64,000 nucleotides of DNA from positions 124,001-188,000 of the forward strand of contig JAPEUI010000020.1 of NCBI GenBank assembly GCA_026025075.1. The letters run 5' to 3'. Within the stretch, counting starts at the first letter, position 1. Each line of letters opens with the position of its first letter. The position numbers and the translations under genes were made by a program. Shown here in pieces: positions 50,861-61,086 of the stretch. This DNA is from Vezdaea acicularis (Eukaryota). The notes below the pieces were generated by a model. The model worked only from the letters and a program-made list of their open reading frames with translations, was not told the origin of the DNA and ran no database searches.

Positions 50861-52385
50861 ATGTCGTACTATCCGGGTCAGCAGTACTTAGGTGCTCATC
50901 AGCAGCAACAGTCCTATGGTCAACAGTATGCTCAATCTCCTCAACCTTATCCTCCTCAACCCTATCCCTCCTATGAACAGTAAGTCGGTGATGGAAGAAA
51001 CTAAGGAGGCAGACTGATGGGAGTACAGACAAGGCCCTCCGCCGCCACAGGCCCCTTACTACGGGGGACCGCCTTCACCTCAGCCAGGATATGGTGGCTA
51101 CCCACCTCCAGTATGTTCCCATATCTTGAGATATACCAGCTGAGCTCTGATGTTATGCAGCAACAACAACCGTCTCCTCAGCCATATGGTGGCTACCCTC
51201 CACCCCAGAACAGCGGCCCACCCGGACAATATCCAGGACAAAGACCTGGTATGTCTTCTCACTCGAATGCTAGTCTTGTTCATGTTTGGACGGTCTAACG
51301 ATCCCAGGCCTACCTACCGTCTCGTCAAATGCCTACAACCATGGCAACCTTTCAGCCCCCCCACCACCGCCTCAAGGCGCACACTCTTTTGGAAATGGAG
51401 CACCACAAGGCTACAACTTCCAGTACTCGTCATGTACCGGTCGGAGGAAGGCCCTCCTCATCGGAATCAATTATTTCAATCAACGAGGACAGTTACGAGG
51501 ATGTATCAACGATGTTAAGAACATGTCGACATATCTAAATCAAAACTTCGGATATGCTCGGGAAGACATGGTAATCCTGACCGATGACCAACAGAATGAG
51601 ATGAGTCAGCCAACCAAGGCGAATATCTTACGAGCAATGCACTGGCTCGTCAAAGACGCCCAACCAAATGACTCACTCTTCTTCCATTACTCTGGCCATG
51701 GCGGCCAAACAAAAGACCTTGACGGCGACGAAGACGACGGCTACGATGAGGTCATCTATCCCGTCGACTTTAGGTTCGCAGGTCATATCGTCGACGATGA
51801 GATGCACCGGATAATGGTCCAATCTCTCGCGCCTGGTGTCCGTTTGACAGCAATCTTCGATTCGTGTCACTCTGGCTCTGCCCTCGATTTGCCATATATT
51901 TACTCAACGCAAGGTGTTCTCAAAGAACCCAACCTCGCCAAAGAGGCCGGCCTCGGTCTTCTCGGTGTTGTGTCTGCTTATGCTCGTGGCGACTTGGGTG
52001 GTATGGCCAGCACAGCCATGAATCTCTTCAAGCAGGCTACGACCGGAAACGCAGCCACGGAAAAGTCTCGGCAGACCAAAACCTCTCCCGCAGATGTCAT
52101 CATGTGGTCCGGGTCTAAAGATACCCAGACGAGCCAAGATGCACAAATTGCTGGCGAAGCCACAGGTGCCATGTCTTGGGCCTTCATCACAGCGCTCAAG
52201 AAGAATCCTCAACAGAGCTACGTGCAGCTACTTAATAGCATTCGTGATGAGCTGGCGTGTAAATATACCCAAAAGCCCCAGTTGAGCTGCAGTCATCCCT
52301 TGAGTGAGTCTCCTAATGTTATCATTTGAGGTGGAAGCATCCTGCTAACCTCTCTGTAGATACGAACCTGCTGTATGTTATGTAA
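50861..52385 (+). CDS. MCA1: Metacaspase-1
   Basis: Gln/Pro-rich prodomain; [19 protein letters not shown], catalytic FHYSGHG and DSCHSG, QKPQLS; four introns. Confidence 0.96.
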
Positions 52386-53042
52386 TGTTTCTTCTCCCGC
52401 CTTAGATGAAAGGGCCGATTTTATTTTTTTCGTGATGGATGTGACGGGCTATTGGTGGCTACGACTTTCTTTGTGTAACAAGCATGCAAACCTACAGAAT
52501 TTTTCAATCTATTCTTCGATGGTCTTGTGAGGATAGGTTGGCTGAAAATTGGGAAGCGAGAATGGCGATGGGATCCTATTCTTCCCTAAGATCCCTAGAA
52601 TAGGGGCGTTCCTATGGACCTGTCGTCCATAGCTTCCTGTCAAAGAATGACATGATCCAAAGTCCTGCTTGAGGCTACGTGATATGCAGCGAGACTTGGG
52701 ATCGTCATTCAAGATGGCAAATTCTGGCCTGGGCAAGGCAATCACGTTCAGGCATACTAGAATCTTATTGAGATTTGCCTTGATATGACGCCGATCTTCT
52801 TGTGATCCGCCAAGTGTGCAGCTGCCACATCATTGTCGGGCAACGTCTCCGAGCGCCTAGTAGGCCGCCATCCCTCTTCAGCATCAGCCTTACTATCTGC
52901 CCTGTGTCCAGAATATATTCTTGCCCCACTTCCAACTTGGATTAATGTCCGCAGCCGAACCCTTCGGCACCAAGCATTTCCTCAATATATATTTCTCGGC
53001 GGAATACATGCATTCGCCTCTATTTCATCATCGCGCTATAAA

Positions 53043-54200
53043 ATGCCACCTACCCTACCTACAGCAAGTCCGTCCCCGAAGCGCAAAAGAGACGGTAGCT
53101 TATCAGGGCCTACATTCAGCCCCTCCAAGCTCACCCCGCCTAATTTCTGTCCACCAATAAATGGCCATAAGAGGAGTGGATCCACGAATGGGACAAGAAA
53201 GTTCAATGTAGAAGTGCGAGGTGGAAGAGAGGGGATGCGCCAGGTTTCTGATGGGGCTTCGTCGGAAGAAGACACTCGAGAGAAAATTACGGGCGGGGTT
53301 CGCGATCTACAACTTGAGGAACCCGGGAAAGAGGAGCGAACTATAGTAAGAGATGGGATGGACGAAGAAGATGAACGTGCAGCCGAGGAGATTAAGAGAA
53401 GACGGAAAAGAACAGCGAGGAAGGCAGCAACAGATGTGGGCGCGCTGATAGAGCAGCCTGGTCCAAGAACTACGTCTACAGGTGTGCCACCTTGGGACAA
53501 TTATATAAGTCCTCCTTCACCCTCGAAATCGCGCCAGCCTCCCAAGGCCAACACGTATCCGCCGCCGGCAAGAGATCAGGGGACGCTCTCACCTCACCCT
53601 ACAGACCCTCAAGGTCTAACACCATACAATTCGGCCCCGCCTCCAGCTCCTATGACCTCTCCGCTACCCAGCCCTTCCGCGTCTCCGCCCCCCAAGAAGA
53701 ATAGCAGGCCCCCACAAAGGGTCCCTCACGGACTCGCCCATCTTCCGGCTGTCCCCGGGATCCCTTTTCCCGCCATCCACAAGCCTGTCTCCGGTAGGCG
53801 CTCACGGTCACCTCCTCCACCGAAACGGACCAGTCCTCCACCGCGCCGTTCTTCCTACTCACCGCCGCCTGATTCAGCGGGACCTGAAGGGAGCAATCCA
53901 AATGGGAGTAACGACAGCTCCTTAGGCGAACCCCCGGATTCAGACTCGGAAGACTCGTCTACAGGCTTAAATGGCATTGGGTATCGGCCGACTCCGGCGA
54001 TAGCTTGGCAGCGGAAAGAGAAGCGGAGGGAACAGGTCAGAGAGTATAAGGCCAGGGAGGCAGGGGAGGAACGGAAGCGACGGGCGGAGAGGAGGAGAAG
54101 AGGGGATGGGCAGAATGGACGACACTCGCAGGACGGAGAGGGTGATGGGAGCGGGGATGGAGCGAGGAGAGTGAGATTTGCGGAAGATAAATCGGCGTAA
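53043..54200 (+). CDS. Pro/Ser-rich disordered protein with basic C-terminal helix, function unknown
   Basis: Long single ORF; PKRKR NLS-like motif; C-terminal GLNGIGYRPTPAIAWQR...REQVREYKAREA...RRVRF. Confidence 0.75.
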   Translation: MPPTLPTASPSPKRKRDGSLSGPTFSPSKLTPPNFCPPINGHKRSGSTNGTRKFNVEVRGGREGMRQVSDGASSEEDTREKITGGVRDLQLEEPGKEERTIVRDGMDEEDERAAEEIKRRRKRTARKAATDVGALIEQPGPRTTSTGVPPWDNYISPPSPSKSRQPPKANTYPPPARDQGTLSPHPTDPQGLTPYNSAPPPAPMTSPLPSPSASPPPKKNSRPPQRVPHGLAHLPAVPGIPFPAIHKPVSGRRSRSPPPPKRTSPPPRRSSYSPPPDSAGPEGSNPNGSNDSSLGEPPDSDSEDSSTGLNGIGYRPTPAIAWQRKEKRREQVREYKAREAGEERKRRAERRRRGDGQNGRHSQDGEGDGSGDGARRVRFAEDKSA

Positions 54201-54750
54201 TTTACAATGTTGGCGCTATTTAGAGAGGCGCTTCGTTGTGGTATCACTTGGGTTGGCACTTACGGAGCAGGGAGTTTGGCGTATGACTGGCGTCGCTACA
54301 TCGAGCCTTGTGCTAGTGGAGATGGGGAGTCCGCAATTCATAATTATTTGAGATTATATCCAGTGTTTTGATATCACACTACGCTTCAAATCTCGAGTTC
54401 CGCGGTTTCTCGATGTATATACCAAGGGGGGCGCCATGTCGACTGCCCCTATTAAATCGTTGTTCTCGCCACACACCAAAGTCAAATACCAGAAGACTTT
54501 GAAATATTCGGCAATAATTTGGAAACTCCTTATACTGGGGATTGTACGTTTAAAACCTTTGACCCCTAGGTAGGGTCGTCCAATCTAGAATCACGTGCAG
54601 CCTCGGAATGCCAAGCCCGAGAAATATTTCGCGATAAGTTTTGGAGACATCATCGAAGTGATATCGGCGACGCCCAGCATTCTGTTTTCTTCTCAAAGTG
54701 AGGACGGAATATACACAGTTTCCGTCTCCTAGAGAGACTTCCCCGAAGAA

Positions 54751-57700
54751 ATGCGACCTCTGTTCTCGAGGCAACGCTTTCCGCTCCATCAAGAACTGTG
54801 CCTCCTTTGCGCGAGCAGACTGCAGCGCGCCCCCGTTCCCCAATGCCGCCCCCGGCCGGCTCAGCGAAGGGCCTTACAGACAACTCGAAGCCGTCTGCGA
54901 CCACCAGGAGGAGCAGCTGCAGTAGCGCTCCAAGAACAAGACGATGATGGCTGGCAGCCCCCAGTTCAATCTATCAACGCCCGAGCTCGCGCTTCGGCCG
55001 CTCAACTGTCGGCAGAAGAGCTACAGAAGAAAAGCCTTGCGGTAAAATTGCTCATGGAACGGGCAAAGGCACCGCCAGAAAAACAGACCTTCAATATGAG
55101 CGATCCAATCGACCGATGGTTGTCTCAGGCAGAGAAGAAATACAGGATCAAGTGGCGGCCAGAACCTGAGCCCAAGCCTCTCATCACTATGCCGGAGTCG
55201 TATGCTAGGAACGAAGAAAGGGAAGGCCTCGATGATGGTGCACCGCGATGGGGGCATCTAAGGAAGAAGGAGGATAGACAAGGATCAATAAATGCTGCCG
55301 GTAAAGAAGTAGGCGTTTACGATCCTATGGTGGTAAGAAAGCAGCCAGAGTCGTCTGAGCCCGCCCTTGATCGGTTCTTTCTGCGTCGCCAATCGCGCGC
55401 GCGAGCTGCTCAAGGCACAGAATTGGAAGACCAAGGTTCTTTTGGCTACGGATACGGGGAGAGATTTGATCCGCGCAATAATCTCGTGAGCAGGATTAAC
55501 CAAAAACACGGGTACAACAATCGAACTGAAGAGTACGGCCCTGGGAAATATTCTCAGTTGGAAAATGGGAGAACGGAAGGATATAACTCAGACCGTGGGC
55601 GTCAGTTTAGGTCAAGCTCGTATGAACCCGGGATGTCTCCTAGAGAACAGGCTAGGCTAGATGCCCAGCGTCGGAGAGAAGCCAAGTTCTCCAACAAGCA
55701 AGGCCCAGCTCCTTCTCTACGATACGAGGGGAAAGTCAAAGGGGCGTACAAAGAGAAAGCTAGACGTCGAGGGTCATTTGCCGCAGCTTACGAACCTGAG
55801 AAGGAAGAAGCCGCTGAAGCTCAGAAGAGAGCAGAAGAACGGAGGCAACGAAGAATGGAGAGAGAGATGGGACCGAGGACAGCTAGACCGATTAAGATTC
55901 CCGAGTTCATTTCCGTGGGCAATCTTGCCCAAGCGTTGAATATCAAAGCCGAGTCGTTCGCGTACAAACTGGAAGAGCTTGGGTTCGATAGCTCGAATCA
56001 TGATTTCATTCTCAACGCGGAAAACGCTGGGCTTATTGCCATGGAATACAATTATGAGCCCATAGTCGATCAAGCTTCGGCCCTAGATCTCCAAGCTCGC
56101 CCGGCGTTGGAAGACAAGTCCGCCTTTACTCCACGACCGCCAGTGGTTACCATCATGGGTCACGTCGACCATGGTAAAACCACAATCCTGGACTACCTCC
56201 GCAAATCCTCTGTGGCTGCCACCGAGCATGGAGGCATCACACAGCACATTGGCGCCTTTTCCGTCCCAATGCCTTCTGGCAAGACGATCACCTTCCTTGA
56301 CACGCCAGGGCACGCCGCCTTTCTCAGTATGCGACAGCGCGGCGCCAACGTGACAGACATCGTGGTCCTCGTCGTCGCGGCAGACGATAGTGTAAAGCCA
56401 CAAACCATCGAAGCGATCAAGCACGCCCGAGCCGCCAAAGTCCCGATGATCGTAGCCATCAATAAGATCGACAAAGAGGGTGCCAATATCCAGCGCGTCA
56501 AGGAAGATCTAGCGCGTCAGAGCGTCGACGTTGAAGATTTCGGGGGCGACACCCAAGTCGTCTGTGTCAGCGGCAAGACGGGTAAGGGCATGGACGAGCT
56601 TGAAGAAGCCGTCGTCGCCCTCTCCGATGTCCTCGACATACGCGCCGACCCAAGCGGCGGCATCGAGGGCTGGGTCCTCGAGGCTACCACCAAGCCCGAA
56701 GGCCGCGTCGCCACGGTGCTCGTCCGCAGCGGCACTCTACGTATCGGAGACGTCCTCGTCGCTGGCTCAACATGGGCGCGGGTACGTCGCCTCCGCAACG
56801 AAGCCGGGACGGAAGTAGACCAAGCCACGCCCGGGCAGCCTATCGAAGTTGACGGATGGCGCGAGCAGGCGGCAGCTGGTGACGAAGTGCTCGCCGCAGA
56901 AGACGAGGCCCATGCAAAAGATGTGATCGGATACCGCGTTGCGCGCGATGAGAAACTTCGCCTTGCCCTCGACGTGGAAGCCATCAACGCTGCGCGCCTA
57001 GCCGACCAAGAAAAGCGCGCGCACGACAAGGAACTCAAGGAGAAGGGCGAAGCCACGGCTCAAGGGGCTAATGCCGAGAAAGAGAGCGTCAAGGAGGTCT
57101 ACTTCATCGTCAAGGGTGACGTCTCCGGCTCCGTCGAGGCGGTCGTGAATTCGATTGCGTCGCTCGGCAACGAGGAAGTCCGCGCCAACGTGCTCCGCAG
57201 CGGCGTCGGGCCCGTCTCGGAGTTCGACGTCGAGCATGCGGCTGCAGCGAAGGGGTTCGTGCTGAACTTCAACGTTGGCGTCGAGCCGGGTATTCAGCGC
57301 TTGGCGGATGCGCTGGGCGTCAAGATCCTGGACGAGAATATCATCTATAAGCTTGTGGACGAGGTCAAGGCTGTCATGAGTGGCTTCCTGAGACCGACTC
57401 GCTCGACGAGGGTTTTGGGGGAGGCGGAGGTGGCGCAGGTGTTTAGCATCAATACGAAGGGAAGGAAGGTTCGGTCCGTTGCGGGCTGTAAGGTTCGAAA
57501 TGGTGTGATAGGGAAGAATGCCATGATCCGGGTCCTCAGGGGTGGACCCGGGGGTGCGGTCGTTTTCGATGGTACGCTATGCCCCCCCGCTCTCTTTTCC
57601 TCTTGCTCCACTTTGAGTCCTGGTCTTGAGTATGAAGGCGCTAACCTTTTTTTTTGCTTCAGGTCGTCTGGAAGAGCTCAAGAACGTGAAGAAGGATGTC

Positions 57701-57814
57701 GAGGAGATGCGCAAGGGGAGTGAGTGTGGGATGGCCTTTGCGGACTGGGATGGCTTCGTTGTGGGAGATCAGGTCCAGGCGTATGAGGAGAAGGAGGAGA
57801 AGCGGTGTCTGTAG
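54751..57814 (+). CDS. IFM1: Mitochondrial translation initiation factor IF-2
   Basis: [56 protein letters not shown]. Intron 57572-57662. Confidence 0.96.
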
Positions 57815-58180
57815 ATGGGGAAAACTCAACTCATGTCAGCATGTATCCCTGGGGAAATGGGGTAACTGCATTCGGGGCGCAGGAAATGCGTAGGTGGATT
57901 TGGAATAGATATGTTATAGTACTACATCCTTGCCCTTCATGCGGGTTGCTATTCCTCTTGTTCAGGTTTACACAATGGTTATGAGGTGCTAGGAGCCTAT
58001 GCCAGAAGACTGTTGGTTGATCAGAGGGACAATAACTCCCCCCCCTTTTCTCGACTAGCTCTTATGATACATTGAAGCCAACCCATATAAACAAGCGCAA
58101 CTGGCCGTTGACACTATGCTCCGTACACCCCTACCTATACACAAAAAAAGCTTGTATTCATACAAGAGCCCAGCCCCCGA

Positions 58181-59086
58181 TCACCTCCCCTCAAAACGCG
58201 GCCTCCTCTTCTCCGCAAACGCCTTGAGGGCCTCATCCCTATCCGCCGTGCCCACCACATCCCCATACTTCATGCCCTCCGTAACGCCCGCATCCCTCCA
58301 CCCCTGCACCGCCTCCAACGCCGCGCCCACCGCCAACGGCGCCCCCTCGCAAATATCTCTCGCCAGACTCACGGCGGCCTCGAGCACTTTCTCCGCCTCT
58401 TCTTCCCCCGTCGCCTTCTCTGGCACCTCGGCCAACCGCTCGCATATCCCCAGGAAATACGCCTCAGCCCCGCTAACGCGGCGGCCGGTGAGGATCAGCT
58501 CGCGCGCGCGCGCAAGTCCGATGAGAGCGGGGAGTCGGTACGTCCCGCCTGCGCCGGGAATGATGCCTAGCCGCGTCTCGGGGAGAGCGACGGTGGAGAG
58601 AGAGCTGAAGATGCGGAGGTGTGCGGACAGGGCGAGTTCGAGGCCGCCGCCTAGGGCGAGGCCCTGGACCGCTGCGATGGTGGGGATGGGTAAGTTTTCT
58701 AGTTCTGAGAAGGCGCTGCGTAGGTCGTGTAGGAAAGAGTGGGTTTGGGTGGGGGTGAAGGTTCGGCGTTCTTTCAGGTCGGCGCCGGCGCAGAAGGTGC
58801 CGGGGACGGCGGAGTGGATTATTAGGGCACGCGTTGGGTTTGGTGGGGGGGTGTTTCGGATGGTGGAGAGGGTTGTGCGGAGGGCGGAGAGGAGGGCGCG
58901 GGATATGGCGTTGCGGGTTGAGGGGAGGGAGAGTGATAGGATGCTTATGTGCCCGGTATGAGGTGCGGGGATGGTGCGGAGGGTTAGGGGGGTTGGGGAG
59001 GTTGAGTAGTGGCGGGGGCGGAGGAGGGGCGGAGGTGAGGGGTGAGCAGTAAGGATTGGGCGGAGAAGCGGTCGTACTCGTGTCAT
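58181..59086 (-). CDS. Enoyl-CoA hydratase/isomerase (methylglutaconyl-CoA hydratase-like), mitochondrial
   Basis: RNAIS, FCAGADLKER, ALGGGLELAL, LPETRLGIIPGAGGTYRLP, AFAEKRRPRFEGR. Confidence 0.92.
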   Translation of the reverse strand: MTRVRPLLRPILTAHPSPPPLLRPRHYSTSPTPLTLRTIPAPHTGHISILSLSLPSTRNAISRALLSALRTTLSTIRNTPPPNPTRALIIHSAVPGTFCAGADLKERRTFTPTQTHSFLHDLRSAFSELENLPIPTIAAVQGLALGGGLELALSAHLRIFSSLSTVALPETRLGIIPGAGGTYRLPALIGLARARELILTGRRVSGAEAYFLGICERLAEVPEKATGEEEAEKVLEAAVSLARDICEGAPLAVGAALEAVQGWRDAGVTEGMKYGDVVGTADRDEALKAFAEKRRPRFEGR

Positions 59087-59688
59087 GCTGAGGTTGTGAA
59101 TTGTAATTGAGGTGTTGAAAAGCGTGAGGTGCGGGTTCTTGAAGACAATGCTCGGGATATGCCGAGGCAAGAGAGACCCCCCGCGTGCTCATAGTAAATC
59201 TTCCAATTTGCAGCTCTGAGGACCAGTAAATATTGAATAGAATCTGCACCCTCATAAAAAAGGGAGAGGAACTCTTTGGTGGTCGGTGGGGGAAGGGAAG
59301 GGGGTTTATAAAGGGACTCCAGCTGAGTTTTACTAGCCAAACTTTGACCTCCTGGACTCCTCTACTACTTACCCTGCCCAGGCTTGTTGCCTCAACAGGT
59401 CCAACAACGCCCGTCGGAACTCATGACCTCTACTGGTCTGCTCCAGAAGTCTCTAAGACTCCAGTTCGAGAGAGTCTGGGACAATATATATGGGAGATTC
59501 TTGGATATCGAGGATGAGGAGCGTGGAGTCAGCGATCAAAGCGATCAGCTGATATAACATCTTCATTTTTAGAGAATTAGATAGACAGAGCTATGCCCTA
59601 CATGTGAATGTGCAGGAAAGCCACTAAGGCGCTTAAACCCCCTTTAAAGTGCCTCAGATCCCGGTATTTCATACATGCGTTAACCTCA

Positions 59689-60508
59689 TCAATCCGTTCT
59701 CTTCTTGACATCCACAGCGTCTGCATTGCCCGCCTCTGCGACGTGGCCATCACTTGGAGACTTGCGCCCGTCGCCTTCACTGCTCTCGGCTGCCGTGGGT
59801 TCCTCATCATCCCAGTTATCCTCGACGTTCTCGTCCCAGTTGTCCAATTGCTCTTCCAGAGTAGGCGCAGGAGTCACGCCGCTGCCTTGCTCTCCTAACT
59901 CCAGGTCTTGCCCTAGATCTCCCTCCTCGTCCCCAGGTACGATGTGGTATAGCTTGTTCAACCGTCTGCGCTCCAGCATGCGCTTGTGGTACCAGCTGCA
60001 TATGGCGAGGGCTGCCAATGATCCCGCGAAATTGGCTAGGATATCGTAAGGGTCGAAGATTCGGCCATTCTGTAAGGCATATTAGTAGGTAGTCTTTTAG
60101 GGATTCGATGGAGACGTGCTGGAAGGAAGCCTTGTAGAACTTCGGAGCCGATGCCTAATAAGATCGTGCATGTTATGAGGGTGATGTGAAGCGTCCGCCG
60201 CCTAGACGTGTCAAGTATCCAGTAGAAACATATCTTATGGACCGTTAGCGCCGCTTCTAGCAGATTCTAAATGTAAGTTGTCGGGCATAGCTCACTGTGA
60301 GAGCGAAGAAGACAACGAAATGGGCGACCTTGTCGTTAATGACGAGTAATGGCTGGAGCTCGGAGAGACCGAGGTAAGCGGCACCAAGGAGCAAGAAGAA
60401 GAAGGCACCTGATTGATTGTCAATAGTCTGAGGACGATCTTGACTGGTGCACAAAATTCAGAGTGTATAGAGGGGGAGGTTACCTGCAAAAGGCACACGG
60501 ATGCGCAT
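59689..60508 (-). CDS. VanZ-like membrane protein
   Basis: MRIRVPFAG, NDKVAHF, FYWILDT, SEVLQGFLP|NGRIFDPYDILAN. Three introns, the third GC-AG. Confidence 0.85.
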
Positions 60509-61086
60509 GGCGAGAGGTTGTACGCTCGCGCTATGTGTCGGTGCCCAATCAAGGCTGGCTACATGAAGCCTTGTATCCGAGCGGCGTGCCAGATATCACA
60601 CATCTAGTATGCGCAGAAGATACTGGGTCAGAGTAGCATGGAGGGGGTTATGTCCACAGATGGAAAGCTTCGGAGGTAGCTCAGCCAAGGCACGGGCTCT
60701 CACGGGGCGTATCGAGGCGGAGACCGGCCACCGTAGCGACAGGCGCCGCACGCCGCCCGCCGGCCGCATTCATAACTGAACCGCAACTTCACACGCTAAA
60801 AGTTCCAAAGCGACGCCTGTGGTGTCGGCTCGGCCTGGCCTGGTCACGACCGTCTCGTTAGACGTCCTCCCTCTTCGCGAACATCTCTCCGCCAAATCGT
60901 CGTCATCCTTTCCATCACTCCAACACCCCAACACGCTTTTTTCCGTCTCGAAATCATCAGATCTCGAATATGCATCGTGCACGCTATCTTCTGGATCTTG
61001 TTTGATCTCGCTGCGACCATTTTTACGTTTCTGGCTTCGCCGCCTATGCGACCGCGAAAGACTCGTTTTTAGGCGGGCGAGGGGCC

